From positions 1-46,539 of IMG/VR virus record IMGVR_UViG_3300044233_005065: 46,539 nt of DNA. The stretch is one strand, 5' to 3'. Shown here piece by piece: positions 28,144 through 36,604 of the stretch. Source of the stretch: a virus. Lineage: Duplodnaviria > Caudoviricetes. The notes below the pieces were generated by a model. The model worked only from the letters and a program-made list of their open reading frames with translations, made no database searches and had not been told where the DNA came from. The translations under genes were made by a program, and so were the position numbers. Within the stretch, counting starts at the first letter, position 1. Every line of letters begins with the position of its first letter.

Positions 28144-29837
28144 GAGATTTCTCCCGGTTTGTGATTGCGTATGCAAGATGAAGTTTCTCTTTGCTCCAAA
28201 GAACCATCGTTCACAGCCTCTCTTTGCCTTTCCCAATAATTCTTTAACTCTCTAATGCCCTTCAGTTTTTCGAACGCGTCTTCTCTAGTAAACTTCGAGT
28301 GAACCGCTTGACTAACGTAGCTGTCTGCATTGTAATATAAAGCTCCTTCACAAGCAGTAGATTTTCCGTAATTTAAATCCTTGAGCATTCCCATTAAGAC
28401 GTATTGGTTAAGCGGTTCTCTGAGTACGTTTTTTACACACCATTCCACGAAATCGCTGTTATTTATATTCTTGGGAAATTTTTCTTTTGGCTCAAGTATT
28501 TCAGCCTCCGAGAGCCAAGTCTCGTTCATATTTTTAGGCTCAATTGTATCTAAGTGTTTTTCCCATATACTTGCGGTTTTATCCCAAGAATAGTGCTTTT
28601 GCGCTAACGCTCTTGAGTCCATCCCCTTCTTTGTCCTAACTCCAGAAGGAAGGTTAAGGATTTTTTTCATTTTTTCTATTAGTTGGCTGTCGTTCGGTAT
28701 GGCTCTTTCTGATTGGGTTGGAGAATCCCAGAAAAATGTCTTAGGCTCCACAAAATCTGCTCTGATTTTCTTTCCAACGCTTGACATGGCAGAATAATCA
28801 ACGGTAATCACAGGAACTCCACAGGCGGCAGCTTCTACTTGAGGCATTCCAAACCCCTCGCATACAGAATACTGAACATACACATCAAAAAAGTTTATAA
28901 TCTGGCCAAGCTCTTCCGTGCTTACACCAAAGGTCGTCCCAGGAAAAACTGCAGAGAGAGAGCCGCACTTTGGGCAGCATGTCTTACAGTCTTGGTAAAA
29001 TGAAGGAAAGAAGTGCCCGCAGTTTTGGCATTTATATGTCATCAATATCTTGTTTCCAAGATTATATTTTTTAATGTAGTAAGGCAAATTCCACCCTACG
29101 TCTGGATAGGATGTATGCATGTAAAGAAACGTGTTTTCAGACATAGACTTATTTTCGTCTATCATGTCCCTGAAGGATTTCATTAGATTGGGGTAAAGTT
29201 TCCTTCTTTGGTTTCTCATTACTGTGCCGACAATCTTGATGCTGTCCATGAAGCCAAAGCTTGACCTGTGGTCTATTTTGTTTGATGCGGGTTTTAAAAT
29301 ATTAAAATCAGCTCCAGGAGGAGCGCAATCAATAAATTTTATTGATTCTCCCATTGATTCTTCGAGGACATCTCTTCCGTAATCTGAGTAAGTAAAAACA
29401 CCGTCTGCTTCAGAATATGTATTCAGATATTGTTCGTTTTGAGGAGCAGAGTCAATAGTTGGCATAATAAGCCAATCAAAAAAGCGTCTAAACTCAGACC
29501 TAGCCTGAAATTCCATCATCCACCAGTCTCGTATGTCTATGACCACATCTGGTTTGAAGTGGAGGCAAACTTCGTTGAATCGCCACTCCCCAAACTGATT
29601 TTGAGGGCTTGACTTATACTGCTTGTTTTCTTCTTCGCCGTAAGGCAAGTTTGAATAAAATGACCAGGGAACTTTTTTGCAAAGAGGGTCTTGTGTCGAG
29701 CCATAGCACCCTAGTTCTGCTATTTCGTACTTTCCTGTTTTATGCAGTCTCCCTAAGACCTCTTTTGCGTAAACAGAGTACCCAGTATTTAAGAAGCTAG
29801 CTTCACCGCACCACAATATTCGAAGTTTTCTTTTCAT
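28140..29837 (-). CDS. Glycosyltransferase family 4 (GT-B) with an inserted Zn-ribbon
   Basis: TGYSVY, VMRNQRRK, EGFGMPQVEAAACGVPV, YSWDKTA; insert CQNC...CPKC. Confidence 0.9.
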   Translation of the reverse strand: MKRKLRILWCGEASFLNTGYSVYAKEVLGRLHKTGKYEIAELGCYGSTQDPLCKKVPWSFYSNLPYGEEENKQYKSSPQNQFGEWRFNEVCLHFKPDVVIDIRDWWMMEFQARSEFRRFFDWLIMPTIDSAPQNEQYLNTYSEADGVFTYSDYGRDVLEESMGESIKFIDCAPPGADFNILKPASNKIDHRSSFGFMDSIKIVGTVMRNQRRKLYPNLMKSFRDMIDENKSMSENTFLYMHTSYPDVGWNLPYYIKKYNLGNKILMTYKCQNCGHFFPSFYQDCKTCCPKCGSLSAVFPGTTFGVSTEELGQIINFFDVYVQYSVCEGFGMPQVEAAACGVPVITVDYSAMSSVGKKIRADFVEPKTFFWDSPTQSERAIPNDSQLIEKMKKILNLPSGVRTKKGMDSRALAQKHYSWDKTASIWEKHLDTIEPKNMNETWLSEAEILEPKEKFPKNINNSDFVEWCVKNVLREPLNQYVLMGMLKDLNYGKSTACEGALYYNADSYVSQAVHSKFTREDAFEKLKGIRELKNYWERQREAVNDGSLEQRETSSCIRNHKPGEIS

Positions 29838-30370
29838 TATATTTCGCTCAAATACATGTCTTGCAGTACATCGTATGCGTCTTGCAGCCCAAGAGACTTT
29901 GATTGTTCAAGATACTTTTCTGAGAAGCCCTCCTTTTTTGCTAACTCGCAAAGGCCTTCCAAAACTTCCTGTTTCTCTTTTTCTTCATCTGTTAAATCGT
30001 CTTCCAGTATGTTTCTTTTGAATGTTTTTTGGTCAACATCTTTATCATTGAGACTAAAAGAAATAAGGTCTTGGCTGTAGCCTATGGCATCACAGACCTT
30101 TTCTATATCCATAAACAAGACTTCTTTTAATGAATATCTTGGGCATTGTATTGTGCTGTACTCGCCGTTTCCTATTCTAAAGAAAAGACAGTCTGAATCA
30201 AGCTCTGGTATGTACTGATACGTAGCCCCAAACCCACTGAAAGAAGGTTTTTGTTTTCTTTCGGGAAAAGACGCCTTAATCGAATTTATCTCGCTGCTAT
30301 TAGCACTAAGAATAACTTCATAATTGTGCTTTTTAAGAGCTTCTTTGAGTTTTTTGTGTATTTTCATCAT
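29837..30370 (-). CDS. Hypothetical protein, 177 aa, probably on a leaderless or near-leaderless transcript
   Basis: ORF coupled (TAATG) to the GT4 gene; the ATG lies 7 nt after a -10 box and has no RBS. Confidence 0.75.
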   Translation of the reverse strand: MMKIHKKLKEALKKHNYEVILSANSSEINSIKASFPERKQKPSFSGFGATYQYIPELDSDCLFFRIGNGEYSTIQCPRYSLKEVLFMDIEKVCDAIGYSQDLISFSLNDKDVDQKTFKRNILEDDLTDEEKEKQEVLEGLCELAKKEGFSEKYLEQSKSLGLQDAYDVLQDMYLSEI

Positions 30371-30377
30371 ATATAAT

Positions 30378-30407
30378 AAAGTACCAGCTAAACCATTAAA
30401 ATGTCAA
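30378..30407 (-). promoter_or_regulatory. Sigma70-type promoter TTGACA-N18-TACTTT with TG-extended -10
   Basis: Minus strand reads TTGACA ttttaatggtttagctgg TACTTT attatat ATG; it shares TGGTTTAGnTGGTAC with the 23057 promoter. Confidence 0.75.
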
Positions 30408-30408
30408 G

Positions 30409-32109
30409 CTAAATTTGCCAAATTTGACCAATAACTAAAGAGTCGTTTCTTCCCCTGTCTCCCTGAATCAGTATAGTGTTACCTTCGTAAATAGCATCCC
30501 TACATTCCTGGAACTTATCGGGAAAGCAAACAACATCGTCAAGAGAGCAGCTATTATCTTCAACCGTAAGAAAAGCCATTTCTTGACCAGGGTTTTTTCC
30601 GCTCTTTGTTTTTACAACTTTAACCTTGGTAATCTCAACGGCAAACTTCATATAGTCTTTTCTTTTAGTGGTTATATATTCTTTGCAAGTGCAGTTTGCT
30701 TCTATGCCTCTTTCAACAGCGTCAACCCTGCTGCAAGTGATAGGCGCGCCTAGAGTTTTTTGCTCATTCCAAGCAATCCAGTCCATAGAATCTTCTAGTT
30801 TATGTGGAGGATTTTTAAGGGAAGTGATTAGGTCTCCTACAAACTCGGACCTCTTGTCGTTTACACACCCGCCTCCAGCAATTTGTTGTTTGTTTTTCAT
30901 AACTCTTTTTGGCTGACATTCTTTTAGAGCCTCCATAAGGCTGTTTCCTTTGTATTCACTTACAATCCACTTCTTTTCCGTAGGGCTAAGCTGTGACCAT
31001 ATGGAGTATTGGTACAACATTTCATTTCGTGAGCGGTCCATAAAATCCAGAGCTCCGGCCTTTATCATTGCTTCGGTTACGTTGGATGATACACACTCAG
31101 TCCCGTATTTAAGATATTCCATCCACATCCAAGCTCCGATACCTCTGCCTAAATTTTTCTCAACATCAGCGAGCTTGTCTATCATCTTCTGAATTACGGC
31201 AGAGCCTATACCCCTAATGCTGGAAAGACCAAAGTAAACCTTTTTGTCTTTAATGTAGAAAGTATTGCGTTTATCTGCCAGTGTTGGTGGTAAAACATCT
31301 ATGTTGTTTAACTTCGCGTCATTTACAAGGTCATATATTTCTTCGTATTGCTTCGCACCTTTCCACGAAGCGCCTCTAAGCCAAGAGCAATAGAACTCGA
31401 GCGGCATATGTGTCTTGCAAAAAGCGCTCCAGTACCCATTAAGAGCGTAGGCGTCCGCATGGCTTTTGTTAAAAGAGTATCTTTGAGATTCTTGAATCCA
31501 CCCAAAAATTTCTTCAGCTAGCTCCCGAGAAACAATGCCGGTCTTTTCAGCGCCCTCAAGAAACGACTTCTTAACTTCAAGCATAACGTCGGCCTTCTTT
31601 TTTCCGATGGCCTTGCGAAGAATATCAGCTTGCTGCTCATTGAAACCGGCGAGAACTACAGCTATCTTCATGGCTTGTTCTTGAAATGTTAGAACGCCCT
31701 GAGTGTTTTTAAGTATTGGCTCTAAAGATTCATGAGGATAAACCACCTCTTCAACCCCATGCTTCCTGTCACAATATCTTTGAGTCATACTCTTGGGAGG
31801 GCTGCCGCTCATTGCACGAAGGCATCCAGGCCTAATTAGCGCGCCCAATGCTCCAAGCTCTTGTATGTTTCTTGGCTCAAGTTTTTTTGCCCACTGACGA
31901 CCCAACGCGCTTTCTAGCTGAAATACACCCTTGGTTCTACCGCTACATATCATGTCCCATGTAGCTTCGCAATTAAGATTTATGTTGTAAACATCTAGCT
32001 CAATACCTTTGGGCAGAGTGTCTCCGAACTGCACGTTAATCACCATTGGTGTGTCAGAGCAACTCTTTACTGGAAGCTCACATCCACACGGCCATCTAAC
32101 TTTACTCAT
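30409..32109 (-). CDS. dnaE: DNA polymerase III alpha, C-terminal half (fingers, HhH, OB fold)
   Basis: GRTKGVFQLES, ALIRPG, TQGVLTFQEQAM, ADILRKAIGKKK, YSFNKSHA, FGLSSIRGIG, MAFLTVED. Confidence 0.93.
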   Translation of the reverse strand: MSKVRWPCGCELPVKSCSDTPMVINVQFGDTLPKGIELDVYNINLNCEATWDMICSGRTKGVFQLESALGRQWAKKLEPRNIQELGALGALIRPGCLRAMSGSPPKSMTQRYCDRKHGVEEVVYPHESLEPILKNTQGVLTFQEQAMKIAVVLAGFNEQQADILRKAIGKKKADVMLEVKKSFLEGAEKTGIVSRELAEEIFGWIQESQRYSFNKSHADAYALNGYWSAFCKTHMPLEFYCSWLRGASWKGAKQYEEIYDLVNDAKLNNIDVLPPTLADKRNTFYIKDKKVYFGLSSIRGIGSAVIQKMIDKLADVEKNLGRGIGAWMWMEYLKYGTECVSSNVTEAMIKAGALDFMDRSRNEMLYQYSIWSQLSPTEKKWIVSEYKGNSLMEALKECQPKRVMKNKQQIAGGGCVNDKRSEFVGDLITSLKNPPHKLEDSMDWIAWNEQKTLGAPITCSRVDAVERGIEANCTCKEYITTKRKDYMKFAVEITKVKVVKTKSGKNPGQEMAFLTVEDNSCSLDDVVCFPDKFQECRDAIYEGNTILIQGDRGRNDSLVIGQIWQI

Positions 32110-32834
32110 TTAAACTCCTGTGCAAAGGCATTAGCAAATTCAAGCCTTCTTTTCTGATTTTGTTCATTCCACCCAGTCATCCATCTAGATGTCTTCATCA
32201 GCTTTATGATAACCTTAGATGTCCACTCAACGTCAAACTCTGCGTCATGAGCATTTGCGGTAACTTCTTCTGGAACCCCCATGTACTCTAAGACGGTTGT
32301 TAGCTTTTGGTTCTTAAGCTCGCTGTTATTTTCAAACCAATACCAGACATGCTGCATTAAATCAAAGCTGTATATCTGATTAAATACCCTTGGCTTTTCT
32401 GCCCCATTTCGCCTGTCTTTTTCAGTTGGCCCAAATAATTTGCAATGCCTATCCGTTATGGGGTTATCGAATCCAAGTATGTTATATCCAGCAGAGACGG
32501 GCGCATGAAACCCAGTCTTATTTGTTTTTCCCCAATTGTATTTGTCTACCCATGACGAGAAGTTTTTCCATACGATATTGATTGGAGGGCATTCATTTAA
32601 CATATCCACAAACTTCTTTTTTGAGACGCCCTTGTTTCTGCAATGCCAGTCTATTGTTTCGTCAGTTGTAGATTCCGTGTCATCCCAATCAGGTCTAACA
32701 TATGCGGAGAACTTGTCTACCACGTTAAGATTTCTTCCATGTATCATCTCTGCCGCTATCTGTATAATAGAGCATGTAGAGGGATTAGGAGAACCCGTTT
32801 CGTAATCGTAACAGCATATAGAATTATAATTCAT
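32106..32834 (-). CDS. DEDDh 3'-5' exonuclease (DnaQ/epsilon-like)
   Basis: ExoI DYETG, ExoII GYNILGFD, ExoIII AHDAEFD. Confidence 0.88.
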   Translation of the reverse strand: MNYNSICCYDYETGSPNPSTCSIIQIAAEMIHGRNLNVVDKFSAYVRPDWDDTESTTDETIDWHCRNKGVSKKKFVDMLNECPPINIVWKNFSSWVDKYNWGKTNKTGFHAPVSAGYNILGFDNPITDRHCKLFGPTEKDRRNGAEKPRVFNQIYSFDLMQHVWYWFENNSELKNQKLTTVLEYMGVPEEVTANAHDAEFDVEWTSKVIIKLMKTSRWMTGWNEQNQKRRLEFANAFAQEFK

Positions 32835-33421
32835 TTCAATACCAATTTCTTTGCTAGCTTAAAACAATCTACCGCTTCGTTAAACTTATTTCTTCCGTGC
32901 TGCATCAAATAGGAAGGATGCCAACAAGGAACGACTGTATATGTATTATCGCCAATTTTCGCTTCATGTGGCTTGTTTACGTAATCCCCGAGTGTAAAAT
33001 TTTTTGGAAGCGGTAAAACTGATTCAGTTGACACTTTACCTAAAGTAACTACAACCTTTGGCTTAATCAATCCAATCTCTTTATAAAGCCACGGCCTACA
33101 AGACTGACATTCTTCTGGCGTTGGGGCTCTGTTCTTTTTTCCTTGATTTTGTGTTGGTCTACATTTTACAGAGTTCGTAATAAACGCCTGATGCCTCTTT
33201 ATTTTAGCCCCTTCTAGAAGTTTGTCAAGCATTTTTCCAGCCCTTCCTACAAAGGGCTCTCCAGCAGCATCTTCGTCAGCACCAGGAGCTTCTCCGACTA
33301 TAGCTAGAGACGATGCGGGTCCGCTGGATTTTACTACTCCATTTATGCCGGTCTTGCTTGGGCACAGAGAGCATATTTCACAGGAAGAGTATTCCTTCCT
33401 TAATTGCTCTAGTTCAATCAC
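32831..33421 (-). CDS. Uracil-DNA glycosylase family 4 (Fe-S type)
   Basis: CEICSLC, VGEAPGADED...PFVGRAG, NSVKCRP, HPSY; start placed at GTG 33421 after ggaga. Confidence 0.9.
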   Translation of the reverse strand: MIELEQLRKEYSSCEICSLCPSKTGINGVVKSSGPASSLAIVGEAPGADEDAAGEPFVGRAGKMLDKLLEGAKIKRHQAFITNSVKCRPTQNQGKKNRAPTPEECQSCRPWLYKEIGLIKPKVVVTLGKVSTESVLPLPKNFTLGDYVNKPHEAKIGDNTYTVVPCWHPSYLMQHGRNKFNEAVDCFKLAKKLVLK

Positions 33422-35375
33422 CGAATTCTCCCGAAGATAATAGGTCTTGCACTCCATGTATCTTATCAAGAATTGCGATTCCAAGAATGTCAAACTTGAT
33501 ATGACCCATAGATTCAAGGTCATTCATTTCCATTCCGGCAATGCTTTCGCCAGTGCTTTTATCATGCACCATAGGGCAAATCTTCGCAAGAGGTTCGTTG
33601 GCAATCACAATTCCAGCGGCATGCTTACTTCTAGAGCGCTTTGTTCCCTCCATGCGTATTGATTGCTCAAATATCTTTGACATTGGCCCTTGCAGGTTTC
33701 CGTTTTCGCCAATATAGCACCACTGTTTCAAGTCCTCTTCTCTGTTCTCCAAAGCCCACTGAATAATGCTAGCGCTACCATCTCCCCCAGAGTCTTTGTC
33801 TGCTTGACGCATATCTTCAAGTTGGTCAGAAATGTCTGCTTCATCAGGTATGTTCTTTGTGATTCTGTTTCTTTCTTCTGGGCTACACGCACTGTGCGCC
33901 CTCATTACGTCTTGCAATACAGAACGTCCTTGCATCTTGCTGAACGTAATCATTTGAGAAACCCTATCTTCGCCAAACCTGTCGTTTATATAGCCAATTA
34001 TACGCTCACGACCAAGCTTCTCGAAGTCCATATCCACATCAGGAAGTGACACTCTGTCTGCTGTATTTCGTCCGGCGTTGTAAAATCGCTCGAACATTAA
34101 ATCGTGTTTGATTGGGTCTATATGGCCAACCTCTAAAAGATATAGTATTAGAGAACCATCAGCGGAGCCTCTACCGGCGCCTGTAAGCTGGCCGTCCTTC
34201 CTGGCCCAATGGATAATGTCATCAACAATTAAGAAGTAGTCTGCTAGCTTTGCGTTCTCCAAAACAGATATTTCCATCTCAAATCTTTCAGCGTACTCTT
34301 CTTTTGTGTGGTCGCTGCTATCTATCACGCTTTTAATGGCGGGCCATCTTTTTTGCCAGCCCTCACGACACCTTTCTCTTAGCCTTTCAATTGCTGTTAC
34401 TTTTTCTGGCAATGGAAATCTAGGCGGCATTGGCTTTCCGGTGATTGTGTAGTCTTCGCACATATCAGCAATCTTGTCTGCATTTTCAACCTCTTCTTCT
34501 GTGTGAAGTTTCATCATTTCGTCATGACCAGGAATGTAATAGTTTCTGGACTTAAAGAAAGCTCCAAGGCTTATATCGTCTCCTGAAACCATCTTCTTGT
34601 AGATGTCCTTGAGCGGTGTGTCTATGCTTGGGTGGTTAGACAAAAGAACCCTTTGGTCATCTGCATCCTCTGGATAAGCATAGTGGGCGTCTGGCGTTGC
34701 TACACACGGAATGTCGATTTTCTTACTTAGGTATCTAAGTCCTTTTGCGACCACGCCAGAAGCGGGTAGATTGTCTACGTCTATTAGTTGTATTTCTAGA
34801 AAGAAGTTTCCTTTACCAAAAATATCCTCAAGCTCTTTAGCTTTAGCAGAGACCTTGTTTACCCAGTCTTTGTCAACCATCCTAGTTGCTTCGTCGTAGC
34901 TTTGCGCAGAGTACGCTTCTTTGTGGTCTATGAACATTTCGTTAGCTAGGTGTGAACCCATGTGTCCGCTAAACGCAATCCAGTTGCCTGTGCAGAACTT
35001 CTTGAGTGTAGCTAAGTCTAGTCTTGGGGCATAATAGAAATAGTCTGGGTGATTGGACTGAGAGGTTGCAGCGATAAGGTCTTGCCACCCCTGTTTGTTC
35101 TTGGCAAGGACTACAAGGTGTGTGTTGGAGCGAGTCCTATTCTCCTTGTCAGTAGGGTCGCCCTCACAGATATAGAACTCGCATCCAAGTATAGGTTTTA
35201 GTCCGGCAGACTTCATGGCTTCTACGAAGCTGACTGCGCCAGAGAGAACACCGTGGTCAGTTAAAGCGCACCCTTTTAAACCAAGTTCTTTGCATCTCTT
35301 GGCAATATCTTTAGGCTTACTAAGGCCATCAAGAAGACTGTCGTGACTGTGAACATGAAGTGGGAAAAATGTCAT
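33414..35375 (-). CDS. dnaE: DNA polymerase III alpha, N-terminal half (PHP + palm/thumb)
   Basis: LHVHSHDSLLDG, LTDHG, GCEFY, TPDAHY, YFLIV, GRGS, FERF, PDVDMDF, HAAGIVI, KFDILG; start placed at the TGATG overlap (35375). Confidence 0.95.
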   Translation of the reverse strand: MTFFPLHVHSHDSLLDGLSKPKDIAKRCKELGLKGCALTDHGVLSGAVSFVEAMKSAGLKPILGCEFYICEGDPTDKENRTRSNTHLVVLAKNKQGWQDLIAATSQSNHPDYFYYAPRLDLATLKKFCTGNWIAFSGHMGSHLANEMFIDHKEAYSAQSYDEATRMVDKDWVNKVSAKAKELEDIFGKGNFFLEIQLIDVDNLPASGVVAKGLRYLSKKIDIPCVATPDAHYAYPEDADDQRVLLSNHPSIDTPLKDIYKKMVSGDDISLGAFFKSRNYYIPGHDEMMKLHTEEEVENADKIADMCEDYTITGKPMPPRFPLPEKVTAIERLRERCREGWQKRWPAIKSVIDSSDHTKEEYAERFEMEISVLENAKLADYFLIVDDIIHWARKDGQLTGAGRGSADGSLILYLLEVGHIDPIKHDLMFERFYNAGRNTADRVSLPDVDMDFEKLGRERIIGYINDRFGEDRVSQMITFSKMQGRSVLQDVMRAHSACSPEERNRITKNIPDEADISDQLEDMRQADKDSGGDGSASIIQWALENREEDLKQWCYIGENGNLQGPMSKIFEQSIRMEGTKRSRSKHAAGIVIANEPLAKICPMVHDKSTGESIAGMEMNDLESMGHIKFDILGIAILDKIHGVQDLLSSGEFGD

Positions 35376-36508
35376 CAGACCACCCACTCTTTCTCTTTCT
35401 CTGGGCGGTCTCTGTTTAAAGCGTCTCTGAAACGCTCATGAAACAAATCGTTACAGAAGTATGAATAGTCCAGGGCAAAAGAGCGGGCTGGTATCGGCCT
35501 ATTTATATACATTGTCTGAATCGCCGCTGCTGCGCTGTATGCGGTTGAACGCTGCATAGCAGAGAACTCTTCGCTTGCATAGAATGTGTGTTCTCTTTTG
35601 TAAGACAAGTTCCCATTAGTAGCCTCGACATAGAACTTCACAATATCCTTTTCGTCTAACGCCGCACAGCCGTACTTAAACAGATGTGTCAAATCAATGT
35701 GGTCCATCTCAATCTCTTCCATGAGCCACTTCACCATATTCATATGTCCTGGGTATCGCAACGTCTTGTATGTAACGTCAGGTATTGGACGGGAAGTTTG
35801 GTTAAACATGGATTGAATTGTGTGAGAACTTCCACCGGCTGTGTAAAACGCTTCTAACTCATCTCCGTCAACAGTCATAGTTTCTAGGCCAGTGAGCGTG
35901 GGTACGTTCTTCTTTTCTGCTCCCAAGAGAACTTCTGCTTCTCCCTTATATTCATTAATCAACCCGTCAATAGACCAAGTAACAATATAGTCTAGTGGGT
36001 TCAGGCCTCTATTCTCTGGAAGACCGCCTACGGCCATCTTAATTTTTGCACTACGGTATTTGTTTTCCTTAACAGCTTCAAAAGCCTCTTCGGCACAGAT
36101 ATTAACTAAACCTGGAGCTAATCCTTGGTCGCTAGCTACTGGAGCGTAGCCATCTTCCTCAGCAATCTTGCGAATATAATTGGTTGTCTCTACATGCCCG
36201 CCAAGGTCAACGTAAGATACGCCAGCGCTAACACACGCGAATGCTATTTCTTTGTTCATGTAGTATGGCAAAGCTGATACTACTATGTCAAATTCTAATT
36301 TATTCTTATCCAGATAATCCGCTGCTTCGCCAACATGAAAGTCAAGCAAGCATTGACTGTCAAAATTAGTTCTACCGAAATAATCCTTAGCTTTATCAAT
36401 AGCGTCTTGAGAGCAATCAGACAGAACAAGATTGTATTCTTCGTGCTTTAGGGCCGACGCGATTGGGAGTCCAATGCCACCCGCTCCAAGTATTAGTATA
36501 TTAGCCAT
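35375..36508 (-). CDS. Saccharopine dehydrogenase / lysine 6-dehydrogenase-family oxidoreductase
   Basis: ILGAGGIG, SALPY, YVDLGG, GLAPGLVN, VGGLP, TWSIDGLINEY, YKTLRYPGH, SAMQRST; start placed at MANILIL (36508). Confidence 0.85.
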   Translation of the reverse strand: MANILILGAGGIGLPIASALKHEEYNLVLSDCSQDAIDKAKDYFGRTNFDSQCLLDFHVGEAADYLDKNKLEFDIVVSALPYYMNKEIAFACVSAGVSYVDLGGHVETTNYIRKIAEEDGYAPVASDQGLAPGLVNICAEEAFEAVKENKYRSAKIKMAVGGLPENRGLNPLDYIVTWSIDGLINEYKGEAEVLLGAEKKNVPTLTGLETMTVDGDELEAFYTAGGSSHTIQSMFNQTSRPIPDVTYKTLRYPGHMNMVKWLMEEIEMDHIDLTHLFKYGCAALDEKDIVKFYVEATNGNLSYKREHTFYASEEFSAMQRSTAYSAAAAIQTMYINRPIPARSFALDYSYFCNDLFHERFRDALNRDRPEKEKEWVV

Positions 36509-36562
36509 AGTAAGTCCAAACATCCTCTTCGGTGTAATTAGCGTAAAACGTGATTTGTATAT

Positions 36563-36592
36563 AGAATATATCAGAGTTATTGTAGTTGTCAA
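36563..36592 (-). promoter_or_regulatory. Sigma70-type promoter (TTGACA, then TGaTATATT at 16 nt or TATTCT at 18 nt)
   Basis: Minus strand reads TTGACA actacaataactctga TATATT ct in the largest intergenic gap of the window. Confidence 0.65.
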
Positions 36593-36604
36593 GTATTCTG
36601 TTAT

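Noticed and set aside
19326-29837. Bacterial O-antigen/capsule locus (window being cellular chromosome)
   Set aside because: There are no transport or polymerase membrane genes, and the flanks are phage-type (dNMP kinase, divergent RecA/DnaB/DnaG, split DnaE, tail-like proteins) with no housekeeping context.
33422-33523. ORF-track N-terminal extensions (UDG to 33523, GT4 to 28236, helicase to 44290, dehydrogenase to 36592)
   Set aside because: They overlap upstream genes or a promoter; downstream starts with RBS or stop-start coupling match the family N-termini better.
30409-35375. dnaE as a pseudogene, split intein or intron-interrupted gene
   Set aside because: Both halves keep their conserved motifs and have coupled starts; no intein termini are recognisable; the intervening DNA is fully occupied by two intact repair genes.
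36509-36604. ncRNA, riboswitch or tRNA in the largest intergenic gap
   Set aside because: Only 96 bp, AT-rich, and explained by a promoter plus short leader; no cloverleaf or stable hairpin is evident. The ggtgtaatta on the + strand at 36531 is only a partial match to the late motif.
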